Counted from the stretch's first letter, positions 30,588 through 40,613 are shown. The stretch: 64,000 nt of DNA from Alkalispirochaeta sp. (GCA_965601925.1 OZ271854.1:2016001-2080000), one strand, 5' to 3'. Notes: generated by a model from the letters alone, not told the origin. Program-made: numbers and translations.

Positions 30588-32828
30588 ATGCGTAGAACCT
30601 TAGCGCTTCCTTTTGTTTCTCTATTCATACTTGTGGTGAGCACGTGCAACGCCGGTCCATCGTCGGAACGCGCGTTATATGACGATCTAGCAACCCGTCT
30701 GGCCGTCGGTGACCACCGGTTCCTCGACACGCTCCAGGTAGACAATAGACTGGTGCGGACTCTGCGCGCGCGCCATTCCGGGCTCCCCTACGCTCTGGGA
30801 CGGGCGTTGGAGGTGCGCGGGCGTAGCGAAAGCGCGCGTCGCGTATATCGAATCGAGCTCAATGCGGCTTCCGCACCGTGGGCCGGGCTCAGTGCCGCGC
30901 GGCTCGCCGGTATGAACGCAGCCGCGGGAAATTGGGTCGGCGCCCTGGGTCACGCCGAACGGGGTACCGACGTGTTGCCCTCATATCGCGATGTGTGGTA
31001 CCGGCGCGGCGAGGCGCTCTATCGCGGCGGTGAGTACCGCGAGCTCTTGGATTTTATCGAAGAGATCCCGCCCGTCGCGTCGCTCGACGCGGGCGAGTCG
31101 ATATCCGCCGACGAGCTTGCCGCGGAGGTACGGCTGTGGGAGGCCGTCGCGTCGTGGGAGCTGGACCGCGCTCGCGAGGACGCCTTTTTGCGCGCCTTTA
31201 CTCTCATTGAGGCCGGCGAGATTCATACGCGTCTCTATTTATACCTGTTCTATCGTTCCGGCGCACTGGAATCCCTCTCTCTCGATACGCGCCGAGTGCT
31301 GGAGGCGGTATACCGTATCGCACGGGGCGAGCACGCCGAGGCGGCGCGGCTTCTGGTGCTGACTGAGCCGCGTGTCCTCGTCGATATCGTCCGTCGGAGC
31401 GCGCCGGAGCTATCGGGACTCAACGGCATCTGGGATGGAGTCGATCGGATCGCCGGGAGTCCGAATCCCGAGCTGCGCCGGTGGCTCGCTCGATTTGCCG
31501 ATACCGTGGACGACGCCGACCTCGCGCAGGTAGTCGACCTCCTGCAGAGCCGCGCCGCGCGCGCGGCGGGCGGCGAAGCCGATCTGGAACGGGCGAGCGT
31601 ATATCTCTTGCGTGCAGCGGCCGGTTCCGACGCCGCGTTGCGCGACGAGGCGATCGAGCGGTGGCTTTCGCTGGCGGTTAACCGCGAGATGGTGCTACCG
31701 GCCGTGATCGAGCAGCTACGCGCCGTTCGGGCGTCCGGCGCCGTTTTTGCAACTGCGGTCGAGAGACGTCTACCGCCCTTGGTGCGCGACCGTCGATGGT
31801 CCGATATCGAGGCGGCGCTCGACCTGCTACCGCCGGAGGCCGACTATGCGTGGGTCCATATCGCGACGGTGCTCATGTTCGCAGCCGACGAGGGCTACGT
31901 GTCGGTTGATCCGTCGCTTTCGGAGGAGCATCGCCGGCGCGCCCTCAACCTGTCGGCCCTCGATTATTACGGGGCGGTCGGCCGCATGCGCCACGACGAG
32001 CCGATCCTGGTCGACGGGGTCGCGCACGGCGCCGACCGTCGGCTCGACGCGTCGTCCGCCGACGGGGCCGAGTCGCCGGGCGCATACGACGTAGGCGGCT
32101 TTATGACATCTCTCGATTTCTATCACGCCGAGGCGTTGCTCATGGCCGGGTCGGCCGACCGAGCGCTATCGATGGCGATGGAGGCGGCTCGCGATCCCGA
32201 ACACGCTGAGGCCGCCCGACGCCTTTCGCGGCGTATGAGCGAGTTCGGTCACGTATCGGCCGCTCTCGACCTCGCCCGTCGTGCCGTAGCGCGGGGAGGT
32301 TTCGAAAGCGGCGAGGTCGATATTGCGATTCTCTACCCCTTGGCTTTCCGCGACGAGGTCGAGGCGGCGGCCGGTGAATACGAGATCCCCGCGGCGCTGC
32401 TGTTCGGGCTTGTGCGTGAGGAGAGCCACTTTCGTCCGCAGGTCGTCTCGGTGGCGGATGCGGTCGGGTTGGCTCAGATCCTGCCGACCACCGCCGACGA
32501 TATTCGCCGTCGCCTACGGTGGCCCGAGGCCGATATCCGTAATCCGGCCGATAATCTTCGCATGGGTGCGTTCTACCTGAACTATCTCGACGAGCAAGTA
32601 GGCGATCTTGTGCTGCGTCTCGGTTCGTACAACGCCGGACTCGGACGCGGACGCCGGTGGCGCGAGCAGTTCGGCGATCTCCCGCCGATTTTGCAGGTGG
32701 AGGCGATCCCCTTCATCGCGACCAGATGGTACGTACGGCGTATCGCCGTCTCGCGGGCGATGTTTCAATGGCGCATGGACGGAACCGCGCCGGAGTCGAC
32801 GCTCGCGGTCTTCTTTCAAGGAGCCTAA
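30588..32828 (+). CDS. Soluble lytic transglycosylase (SLT domain) lipoprotein
   Basis: Signal peptide with VSTC and helical repeats. C-terminal SLT motifs VREES.F, S.A.AVGLAQI.P.TA, N...G..YL, SYNAG.G and IPF..TR.YV. Confidence 0.88.
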   Translation: MRRTLALPFVSLFILVVSTCNAGPSSERALYDDLATRLAVGDHRFLDTLQVDNRLVRTLRARHSGLPYALGRALEVRGRSESARRVYRIELNAASAPWAGLSAARLAGMNAAAGNWVGALGHAERGTDVLPSYRDVWYRRGEALYRGGEYRELLDFIEEIPPVASLDAGESISADELAAEVRLWEAVASWELDRAREDAFLRAFTLIEAGEIHTRLYLYLFYRSGALESLSLDTRRVLEAVYRIARGEHAEAARLLVLTEPRVLVDIVRRSAPELSGLNGIWDGVDRIAGSPNPELRRWLARFADTVDDADLAQVVDLLQSRAARAAGGEADLERASVYLLRAAAGSDAALRDEAIERWLSLAVNREMVLPAVIEQLRAVRASGAVFATAVERRLPPLVRDRRWSDIEAALDLLPPEADYAWVHIATVLMFAADEGYVSVDPSLSEEHRRRALNLSALDYYGAVGRMRHDEPILVDGVAHGADRRLDASSADGAESPGAYDVGGFMTSLDFYHAEALLMAGSADRALSMAMEAARDPEHAEAARRLSRRMSEFGHVSAALDLARRAVARGGFESGEVDIAILYPLAFRDEVEAAAGEYEIPAALLFGLVREESHFRPQVVSVADAVGLAQILPTTADDIRRRLRWPEADIRNPADNLRMGAFYLNYLDEQVGDLVLRLGSYNAGLGRGRRWREQFGDLPPILQVEAIPFIATRWYVRRIAVSRAMFQWRMDGTAPESTLAVFFQGA

Positions 32829-32829
32829 G

Positions 32830-33627
32830 GTGAACGTATGGCAGGCTATCGCGCTCGGCGCGCTCCAGGGCGCCACCGAATTTTTACCCGTCTCCAGCAG
32901 CGGTCACCTCGTGGTCATGCGGGAACTGTTCGGCGTGGCGGAGATATCGGTGTTGTTCGACGTTCTGCTTCACGTCGCGACTCTCGTTGCGGTGTGCGTC
33001 GTGCTTCGTCGGAGAATCGGCGCTTTTTTCGGTGCGATCGGCCGCGCCCTTGCACGACGCGCAACCGATGAGGACCGACCGTATCTCGTCCTGATCCCGA
33101 TTATCGTCGTGACGACCGCTATTACCGGTATCATAGGCGTCGGGCTCGACGCGCTCTTCGATATACGCGATCCACGCAGCACATCGCTATTGTTCATCGT
33201 GACGGCGGTACTCCTCGTTCTGACGCTCTGCTCCCGGGGTGCGCGTCGCCTAGCCGATGTTTCGTGGCGCGATGCACTCGTGTTGGGAGTCGCCCAGGGG
33301 TTCGGTGTGCTTCCCGGAATATCCCGTTCCGGTGTCACGATCTCGACGGCGCTCTACAGCGGGCTTGATCGCACGACAGCCGGCGAGTATTCGTTTCTGC
33401 TTTCGATTCCCGCGATTCTCGGCGCCTTGGTGCTGACTGTGCGGGATGCCGGCGAGCTTGGCGCGCAGGCGGGCATCGGACCGGTGGTAGCCGGCTGTAT
33501 CACCGCCGCACTCGTCGGCTTTGCGGCGTTGAAGGCGCTTTTGGGCATCGTTCGGGCCGGCAAGATGTATCTTTTTGCGATCTATCTCGTGCCCCTCGGT
33601 GTCTGGGGACTGATCTTCTTCCGGTAA
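32830..33627 (+). CDS. uppP: Undecaprenyl-diphosphate phosphatase
   Basis: QGATEFLPVSSSGHL, PGISRSG.T and YSFLLSIPAI. Confidence 0.95.
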   Translation: MNVWQAIALGALQGATEFLPVSSSGHLVVMRELFGVAEISVLFDVLLHVATLVAVCVVLRRRIGAFFGAIGRALARRATDEDRPYLVLIPIIVVTTAITGIIGVGLDALFDIRDPRSTSLLFIVTAVLLVLTLCSRGARRLADVSWRDALVLGVAQGFGVLPGISRSGVTISTALYSGLDRTTAGEYSFLLSIPAILGALVLTVRDAGELGAQAGIGPVVAGCITAALVGFAALKALLGIVRAGKMYLFAIYLVPLGVWGLIFFR

Positions 33628-33738
33628 TACGCTCCGCCTCGCGGATCGTGCGTTCCGGTGAGACGGCGCGATCGTAACGTCTCCACACTCATACACATCC
33701 GAAATCGTGCCGATAAGCATGGACAGGGAGGGTTGTCC

Positions 33739-36273
33739 GTGGGTGTAACGAATCAATCCAGGAAGACCGACTATGTGCTTGCAACCATTCTCGGCGCGAC
33801 GGCGATCCTGATCGCGGTCTCTTTGGGGATCGCGTCGGTCGATCCCGAGGGGCTCCTCGGCTTTGCCGTGGCTGTGCCGGGGCGCTTTTTCTTCACTATG
33901 CTCCACCTCGCCGCGTGGTGGGTGCCCGTCTATCTCCTCTCGCTTACGCTCCTCGTGTTACGGGACCGGCCGATTACGTGGTCGAGTATCATTTTGATTA
34001 ACCTGGTGCACATTCCCGCAATGACAATCGGCGCGATCCTGCGCCTCGTAAGCGGCCCGTTGGATACCTCGGCACCGTTACTGTCCGTGTTGGAGCAAAG
34101 TTTCACCGTGCGCGGCGCGAGCCTGGTGTTGAGTCTGGTGCTTGCCCTGGAAGCGGTCGGTCTGTTGCACATCTGGCGACGGATGGAGCGACGTTCACGC
34201 GAGGACGATGACGCTCACGACGAGGATGAACCGACGACGCGCGTCGCCCCCGCCATACCGCTTCCCGCCCCCGCCGAGCCCGCATTTTCGCGTGCCGAGG
34301 ACGATGACGTAGACACCGATGACGAGACTATGACCGACGAGCAGGAGGACACCAACCGCGCCGTCGAGCCCGAGGATACGGAGACCGAATCGGTGCACCG
34401 CCCCGAACGGTCGATTACCGAGACGCTCTCGACGCTCCGCGAGCACATGCAGGAGGGCCTCGATGGCGCAGAAACCATAGAGGAAGAGCCGACGATCGAG
34501 GTCATCGTCGATCGTAAGCCCGAGGCGGTACGAGTGGTCGTTCCCACCGACGAAGATGAGGCCGATGAGGCGGACGAACCGCTTTCACTCATGTTCGGGC
34601 GCCATCGCGAGCTCAACGACGCCGGGGAGATCGAAGACGAGTCGTCGTATGAGGCCGAGTGGTATGCGATCGACGCCGAGACGATCGACGCCGACGACGA
34701 GGAGATCATCGACGAGTGGAGCGACGGCTACGACGAGGGCGGTGAGCTTCCGACGATCGCCGATGACGATGTGGATGAAGATGATATAGACGAGGACGAT
34801 CTCCATGAGGACGAGGTGTCGCTCGCTCCGCCGCCGCGTACGCGCTCGTCGTTGCGACGTCGCTATGAGCTGCCCATCGAAGGCATTCTACAGACCTACT
34901 CCGACGGCCGCTATTGGGAGATCGACGACGGCACCCGCGACGCCGCGGAGGTCTTGCGCATTACCCTCGAAGAGTTCGGCATCAAAGCCGAGGTCACCGG
35001 CATTCGAAAGGGGCCGGTGATTACCATGTTCGAGATCTTGCCCGCTCCGGGGGTCAAACTGGCTAAGATTACCAACCTTGCCGACAATATCGCACTGCGT
35101 CTCGCCGCCTCGAGCGTGCGTATCGTCGCCCCCATACCGGGAAAGCATGCGGTCGGCATCGAGATTCCCAACAAGGAACGTAATCTCGTGTCGTTTGCGG
35201 AACTTCTGCGGGACGACGAGTTCTTCGGCGATCGCGCGCACATCCCGATCGCCTTGGGCAAGGATATCGCCGGGGAGGCGCAAATCGTCGATATGACGAA
35301 GACTCCCCACCTCCTCATTGCCGGCGCGACGGGAAGCGGAAAGTCGGTCTGCGTCAACTCGATCATCTGTTCGGTACTCTACCGCCGCAGTCCGGCGGAA
35401 GTGAAGCTGATTCTCATCGACCCCAAGATCGTCGAGCTGAAGTTCTACAACGATATACCGCACCTTTTGACGCCGGTGATCACCGATCCCAAACGGGCGT
35501 TTCAGGCGCTGCAGTATCTGATCTACGAAATGGAGCGGCGGTACAGCCTCTTGGACAGCCTCGGAGCGCGGGATATCGCGAGCTACAATGCACGCATAAA
35601 GCGTAAGAATCTCGCCACCGAACCGTTACCGTATATCGTCGTGATCATCGACGAGTTTGCAGACCTCATGGCGACCAGCGGTAAGGAGCTCGAGAGTACG
35701 GTGGCGCGCCTCGCGGCGATGAGCCGCGCGGTCGGCATTCATCTGGTTCTGGCGACGCAGCGTCCCTCGACCGACGTGATTACCGGCCTCATTAAGGCCA
35801 ATATCCCCTCACGGATCGCCTTCATGGTGGCGAGCAAGGTCGACTCGCGCATCATCATCGATTCGCTGGGGGCGGACAAGCTTCTGGGGCGCGGCGACAT
35901 GCTGTTCACCTCCGCCGCCGATCCCTTCCCGATTCGCATGCAGGGAGCGTTTCTCTCCGAGGAGGAGGTAGAACGCATCGTAGAAGAGGTCAAGACCTTC
36001 GGTGAGCCGGAGTACATCGACGACGAGATCTTTATCGAGGACGACGAAGAGGACGTTGCCGACGAGTATCTCGAAGATCCGCTCATGGAGCGCGCGATCG
36101 AGATCGTCACGACCTCCCGCAAGGCTTCGGCGAGCTACCTCCAGCGGCGTCTCAAGATCGGCTACAATCGCGCGGCGCGCATGGTCGAGGAGATGGAACG
36201 GCTCGGGATCGTAGGACCCCAAAACGGAAGCAAACCCCGGGATGTCATCTCGTCCGGCGTCGGCGTGTCGTAG
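33739..36273 (+). CDS. ftsK: DNA translocase FtsK
   Basis: 4 TM N-terminus, acidic linker, PHLLIAGATGSGKSV, IIDEFADLM, LATQRPS, GADKLLGRGDML and gamma domain SYLQRRLKIGYNRAAR. Confidence 0.96.
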   Translation: MGVTNQSRKTDYVLATILGATAILIAVSLGIASVDPEGLLGFAVAVPGRFFFTMLHLAAWWVPVYLLSLTLLVLRDRPITWSSIILINLVHIPAMTIGAILRLVSGPLDTSAPLLSVLEQSFTVRGASLVLSLVLALEAVGLLHIWRRMERRSREDDDAHDEDEPTTRVAPAIPLPAPAEPAFSRAEDDDVDTDDETMTDEQEDTNRAVEPEDTETESVHRPERSITETLSTLREHMQEGLDGAETIEEEPTIEVIVDRKPEAVRVVVPTDEDEADEADEPLSLMFGRHRELNDAGEIEDESSYEAEWYAIDAETIDADDEEIIDEWSDGYDEGGELPTIADDDVDEDDIDEDDLHEDEVSLAPPPRTRSSLRRRYELPIEGILQTYSDGRYWEIDDGTRDAAEVLRITLEEFGIKAEVTGIRKGPVITMFEILPAPGVKLAKITNLADNIALRLAASSVRIVAPIPGKHAVGIEIPNKERNLVSFAELLRDDEFFGDRAHIPIALGKDIAGEAQIVDMTKTPHLLIAGATGSGKSVCVNSIICSVLYRRSPAEVKLILIDPKIVELKFYNDIPHLLTPVITDPKRAFQALQYLIYEMERRYSLLDSLGARDIASYNARIKRKNLATEPLPYIVVIIDEFADLMATSGKELESTVARLAAMSRAVGIHLVLATQRPSTDVITGLIKANIPSRIAFMVASKVDSRIIIDSLGADKLLGRGDMLFTSAADPFPIRMQGAFLSEEEVERIVEEVKTFGEPEYIDDEIFIEDDEEDVADEYLEDPLMERAIEIVTTSRKASASYLQRRLKIGYNRAARMVEEMERLGIVGPQNGSKPRDVISSGVGVS

Positions 36274-36337
36274 TACCGAGCCGCGTCTTGACGCGCCTCG
36301 CCGTGAGGCGTCCGTCGACCGTGGAGCTTCCGATCCA

Positions 36338-37069
36338 CTATGCAATCGAGAGCGTTACCTCGTCGCGTTCCAACGCGTGCGAGAGGGCGTCGAATATCGC
36401 GCGCTGCGGTTCGACCGGCTCGATGTCGGCGCTGAACTGGAAGGTGCGCCGCCCGACGTCGTCCAAAAAGTGGGCGTCGGAGTCGCAAATGAGCGTATGG
36501 TTGCGCGTATCGACGGCGACGGGAAGGGTGGTCACCTCCAACGCGGAGAACCGGACGTCCGGTAGAAATCCCAGTTGAGAAATGAGGCTGTTGACGCTAC
36601 GGTCGATATGAGCGGGGATAATGAGTCCTCCTCGGGCGACCGTCTCGGCGGCGATCTCCTCTAACGACGCGTCGATCGCCGGAATGAGGTACCGTTCCTC
36701 AAAATCGATGATGTTTTCATCGACGTCCACCACCGCCTGATCGCCGAAACGCTCCGGATCGTGCGAAAACGCAGGCAACCGATCGTACACCCACCGACCC
36801 CAGTCGAGCGCCTCTTCAACCGTCGGGTAGATCGAGAGGATATGGATTTCCTCGCGCGAGGTCGTCTCGGTACCGAAGAGTGCCATCATCCCGACTCTTC
36901 GGCACGCCTCGGCAAAGGCGGGACAGTTGCGGGCGCTGTTGTGGTCGGTGAGGGCCAACAGGGTGATGCCGCGCTCAGCGGCCGTCTTTACGAGGCGGAT
37001 AGGGCTCATGTCCAGATCGCCGCACGGACTCAGGCAGGAATGGTTATGGAGATCGGCGCGGACCGTCAC
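36338..37069 (-). CDS. PHP-domain phosphoesterase (hydrogenase-cluster associated)
   Basis: DLHNHSCLSPC, ALTDHNS, PAHID and SDAH motifs. Confidence 0.9.
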   Translation of the reverse strand: MTVRADLHNHSCLSPCGDLDMSPIRLVKTAAERGITLLALTDHNSARNCPAFAEACRRVGMMALFGTETTSREEIHILSIYPTVEEALDWGRWVYDRLPAFSHDPERFGDQAVVDVDENIIDFEERYLIPAIDASLEEIAAETVARGGLIIPAHIDRSVNSLISQLGFLPDVRFSALEVTTLPVAVDTRNHTLICDSDAHFLDDVGRRTFQFSADIEPVEPQRAIFDALSHALERDEVTLSIA

Positions 37070-37401
37070 GACGGCGAGATGAGCCGGAAGATCTCGCCGG
37101 AGACGGTAAACTGGTCGCGATCGCTCACGAAGATGCCTACCTTCTCATCCTTTGCCGCTTGAATCATATCGTCGGGGACAGGGCGGTCGTTGCACACCAG
37201 GATCGCTCCGACTCCGACGAGAGTGGCGACCGCAACGGTGTTTTTGTGTGACTGGATCGTGATCAGCACGTCCGCATCTTCCGCGTTGGCCATGACGTCG
37301 CTCAATAGATCGGAGGTGTAGGCGCCGGCCAGCGGCCTATCCTCGAACTCATCTTGAACGACCGTGAGAGTCAACGCGGCGGGAATTTCAGAGAGTTGCA
37401 T
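37066..37401 (-). CDS. DRTGG/HPr-kinase-N-like domain protein
   Basis: YTSDLLSDVMA, LIT.Q.H.NTVAVA and A....V.IF. Confidence 0.8.
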   Translation of the reverse strand: MQLSEIPAALTLTVVQDEFEDRPLAGAYTSDLLSDVMANAEDADVLITIQSHKNTVAVATLVGVGAILVCNDRPVPDDMIQAAKDEKVGIFVSDRDQFTVSGEIFRLISPS

Positions 37402-38329
37402 CGGGCTCCTCCGGTGGTGTATTGATCACGGCGCGAACGGTGGTACCCGCCGGCGACGATTCGATATTGAAGTCATCGGAGACGCGGCGCGTGTTGGGTA
37501 GCCCCATCCCGGCGCCGAACCCCAAGGATCGCACCCACTCGGTGGCCGTCGAGTAGCCCTCCTTAAGTGCCTCTTCCACGTTTGGGATGCCCGGACCCTT
37601 GTCGCGTGCGGTGATCTCCACGTATCCGTCCGCAGGATCGAAGTTGACGCACACCGTGCCGCCTACCGAATGGACGACTTGGTTCATCTCCAACTCATAG
37701 GTCGCCACGGCTACCCGGCGGATCAGCTTGGGAGGTAGGTTGCGATCCTTCAACTGTTTTTTGGTGTCGGTGGACAGACGGCCGGCCATCTCGAAGTCGA
37801 ACTTGCGCGTAACATACTCCAGGCGAAAGCCCCGCCCGCTCGTCTCGGCCCGATGGAAGTGCTTTTCAAACTGTTCGACCTCTTTGTTGATTTCCAACAG
37901 GAGCGCGATGATGATGTCACGGCTGGTGACGATACCGACCAAGTTTTTGCCGACGTCCAAAATCGGAAACCGGCCGAAACGGTACTTCTCCAAGTACGAG
38001 ATGGCGAAGCTCAGCGGCATGTCGTCTTCCAACACGATGACGTTGCGGGTCATATAGGCGGAGACATTCTCATCGATGCGGCCGTCCTCAAGCGCGCGAA
38101 TCACGTCGTCCATACTCACGATACCGAGCAGGCGAGAGCCGTCGGCAACGGGCAGCCCCGTCACGCTGTTGGCCTTCATGACTTGCTGCGCCTCGCGCAT
38201 CGTACCGTCGACCCCGCACGTCTCAACGTCGCGCGTCATGACGTCCCGCACTTTGAGGCGGTAGATGAGCTCGGTGATGATCGGCGAAGGCTGTTCGATA
38301 TCGATGGGAATCGGGCCGCCGTGCGACAT
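37388..38329 (-). CDS. CBS-pair protein fused to anti-sigma-factor-type Ser/Thr kinase (HATPase)
   Basis: Tandem CBS domains (VRDVMTRDV..., LPV, GIVTSRDI), then YELEMN.V.H, DKGPGI and GFGAGMGLPN. Confidence 0.88.
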   Translation of the reverse strand: MSHGGPIPIDIEQPSPIITELIYRLKVRDVMTRDVETCGVDGTMREAQQVMKANSVTGLPVADGSRLLGIVSMDDVIRALEDGRIDENVSAYMTRNVIVLEDDMPLSFAISYLEKYRFGRFPILDVGKNLVGIVTSRDIIIALLLEINKEVEQFEKHFHRAETSGRGFRLEYVTRKFDFEMAGRLSTDTKKQLKDRNLPPKLIRRVAVATYELEMNQVVHSVGGTVCVNFDPADGYVEITARDKGPGIPNVEEALKEGYSTATEWVRSLGFGAGMGLPNTRRVSDDFNIESSPAGTTVRAVINTPPEEPDATL

Positions 38330-38333
38330 GCCG

Positions 38334-38669
38334 TCAGCCCTTCTCGCTGCAGCCGGCGAGGGCGCGACAGATGTCGAAGGTCGACAGTGCACTCGTCATG
38401 AGGGGAATCCCCTGCTCCTCGGCCAACCGGGCGAGGGCAGGCTGCGGATTCTTGCCGTTGGCGAGCAGAATCGCCCGTGCGTCGACAATATGTGCGGTCC
38501 GGGCTACCTGCTCCGAGGCCAGCGATGTCACCAAAAGAAAATCGTCGTGATCGGTTACCAGCACATCGCTCATCAGGTCCGATACGACCACATCGAAGAA
38601 CTCGATACTCTCATCACCGGCTACGATCCACCGGGCCGACACGCGATTAACGCATTCTTTGAGTGTCAC
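38334..38669 (-). CDS. DRTGG domain protein
   Basis: VSDLMSDVL, LLVTSL...QV.RTA and NGK.P. Confidence 0.8.
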   Translation of the reverse strand: MTLKECVNRVSARWIVAGDESIEFFDVVVSDLMSDVLVTDHDDFLLVTSLASEQVARTAHIVDARAILLANGKNPQPALARLAEEQGIPLMTSALSTFDICRALAGCSEKG

Positions 38670-38678
38670 GTGCGAGGC

Positions 38679-39389
38679 CTATCCGACGTGCGAGCTGAGC
38701 TCGACGGGCTCCCGTTCTCTCCCGTTTTCGATTACCAGGCCGTTGTCCTTCATGCGGACCAAGTAGAATAGATTCTCGATCTCCAGCCCGATGTTTACAT
38801 TCTGCACCACGCACCGCACCGGGCAGTTCTCAAAATCGCACCTGGTACATTTGAGCTCGACCGACGTGAAGTTCAAGACTCCTGAAATCCCGGCGCCGGT
38901 CACCATCTCGAACACCTCGGTAGAGGAGGTGTCGGGGACCGCCAAAATCGCTACGTTGATGTTGCGACGGGTGACGAACTCGTTGAACTCTTCCATGGGT
39001 AGGATCGGCGTCTCTCCGCCCGGTTTGATAACCGCCGGATCGATGTCGAAGCCGGCGACGACCTCGATACCTTCGCGATCGAATTCGGAATACTTCATGA
39101 GCGCCTGGCCGATCTTTCCGCATCCGACTACGACGACCTGTTGGCGATCCTCTTTGCCGAGAACCCGTTCGATCTCCTCGACAATAGTGTCGATATTGTA
39201 TCCGCCCCGCTTATTGCCGGGTATATTAATAGTAGAGAAGTCTTTTCGCACGACTGCGGGGGTGACACCGATCGCGTCACCGAGGTTATTTGAGAAGACC
39301 TTCACAAAACCAAGGCCCTTGAGTTTGTGCAATACGCGCAAATATTTTGCGAGTCGCAGTACGATTCCTCGATTGATTTTAGTCTCCAT
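38679..39389 (-). CDS. rex: Redox-sensing transcriptional repressor Rex
   Basis: RL..YLR.L, S..L....GVTP..VRKDFS, G.RGGY, Rossmann VGCGKIGQAL, AILAVP and GI.G.LNFT. Confidence 0.95.
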   Translation of the reverse strand: METKINRGIVLRLAKYLRVLHKLKGLGFVKVFSNNLGDAIGVTPAVVRKDFSTINIPGNKRGGYNIDTIVEEIERVLGKEDRQQVVVVGCGKIGQALMKYSEFDREGIEVVAGFDIDPAVIKPGGETPILPMEEFNEFVTRRNINVAILAVPDTSSTEVFEMVTGAGISGVLNFTSVELKCTRCDFENCPVRCVVQNVNIGLEIENLFYLVRMKDNGLVIENGREREPVELSSHVG

Positions 39390-39473
39390 ATATTTGCACC
39401 TTCCGTCACATAAACTACAAGAATAATACCCTAGTATACCAACTTGTTCAACAAATCTCTTTATATATTTTTT

Positions 39474-39491
39474 TTGTGATCTCGGTCGCAT
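39474..39491. promoter_or_regulatory. Candidate Rex operator in the AT-rich divergent promoter
   Basis: TTGTGA-N6-TCGCAT versus the Rex consensus TTGTGA-N6-TCACAA. Confidence 0.5.
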
Positions 39492-39569
39492 TAAAATATG
39501 CTGCTTGCAATAAAAACACCTTCGAGATACAATTCCAGTGAAATTTCGACAGTTAACAGGAGACGCGCT

Positions 39570-40058
39570 ATGGCGACCCAGGCAGCAGATACCACGAGCC
39601 TTCCACAGGAGCTTTTGTCTTTTGTCGACGAATGGCGTGATAAGCCGGGTAATTTGATCATGATTCTCCACAAAATGCAGGAGATATACGGCTTTATCCC
39701 CCGCGCCGAAGCACTGGAGTTGGCGCGAGTCATGGATATCCCTCTCGCCAAAATCTACGGAGTCATCACCTTTTATCACTTCTTTAAGTTGAAGAAACCG
39801 GGGAAAAACAAGATCCAGGTGTGCATGGGTACCGCGTGCTACCTCAAGGGCGGACAGGACCTGATCGACGAGATCGAAAACCTCGTCGGTGTCGGCGTCA
39901 ACCAGACGTCCGAGGACGACATGTTCTCTATGGAGGCGGTGCGATGCGTCGGCTGCTGCGGTCTGGCTCCGGTGGTGACGATTAACAACGAGGTGTACGG
40001 CAAGCTGAAGAAGGCCGATCTCCCCGAGATTTTGGCCAAGCATCGGGAGGAGAGCTAA
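39570..40058 (+). CDS. hndA: [FeFe]-hydrogenase NuoE-like subunit (HydC/HndA)
   Basis: LIMILH..Q..YG, TFYHFF, VCMGTACYLKG and RCVGCCGLAP [2Fe-2S] motifs. Confidence 0.9.
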   Translation: MATQAADTTSLPQELLSFVDEWRDKPGNLIMILHKMQEIYGFIPRAEALELARVMDIPLAKIYGVITFYHFFKLKKPGKNKIQVCMGTACYLKGGQDLIDEIENLVGVGVNQTSEDDMFSMEAVRCVGCCGLAPVVTINNEVYGKLKKADLPEILAKHREES

Positions 40059-40060
40059 CA

Positions 40061-40600
40061 CTGCACTACTCCGTCGGAGACTACGTGCTGGACGTCGTCC
40101 AGAACTCCGTGGAGGCTCATTCGGCCAGAATCGAGCTTACCGTAGCGGAGCGTGACGAGGTGCTGGAGTTGATCCTGGTCGATAACGGAGTCGGCATGGA
40201 TGAGGAGACGCTCCGGCGCGCACAGGATCCGTTTTATACCGACGGCATCAAACACCCCACCCGTACGGTGGGGCTGGGACTGCCCTTTTTGCGGCAGTTG
40301 GTCGAGGCCGTCGGCGGAACGTTCTCCTTGGAGAGCGCTCCCGGCGTGGGGACGCGATTGTGCGTCACTACGCCGAGGTTCCATTGGGATCTGCCGCCGG
40401 TCGGTAATCTGGCGGTGGTATTTCAGCAGTCGCTGTGCTTCGCAGGCGACTACGAGATGGTAATCAACCGTCGGCGCGACGGCGTCGACTATTCGATGCG
40501 GCGCAGCGACTTGGTGGACGCGCTCGGAGAGCTGGACACCGCCGGATCGCGGGCGCTGCTCAAAGATTATATCGAGTCTCAAGAAGAGACTCTGGAATAA
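40061..40600 (+). CDS. Stand-alone HATPase (histidine-kinase-like ATP-binding protein) within the hydrogenase operon
   Basis: LDVVQNSVEA, DNGVGM, DPFYT, VGLGLP and HWD.PP.G. In-frame CTG at 40061 follows GGGAGG; the ORF-track start is GTG 40085. Confidence 0.85.
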   Translation: MHYSVGDYVLDVVQNSVEAHSARIELTVAERDEVLELILVDNGVGMDEETLRRAQDPFYTDGIKHPTRTVGLGLPFLRQLVEAVGGTFSLESAPGVGTRLCVTTPRFHWDLPPVGNLAVVFQQSLCFAGDYEMVINRRRDGVDYSMRRSDLVDALGELDTAGSRALLKDYIESQEETLE

Positions 40601-40613
40601 CGGAGGCCGTGGA

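Noticed and set aside
39390..40061. N-terminal extension of Rex in the 460-aa ORF 38679-40061
   Set aside because: The extension is antisense to hndA and spans the promoter; Rex homology begins at ATG 39389.
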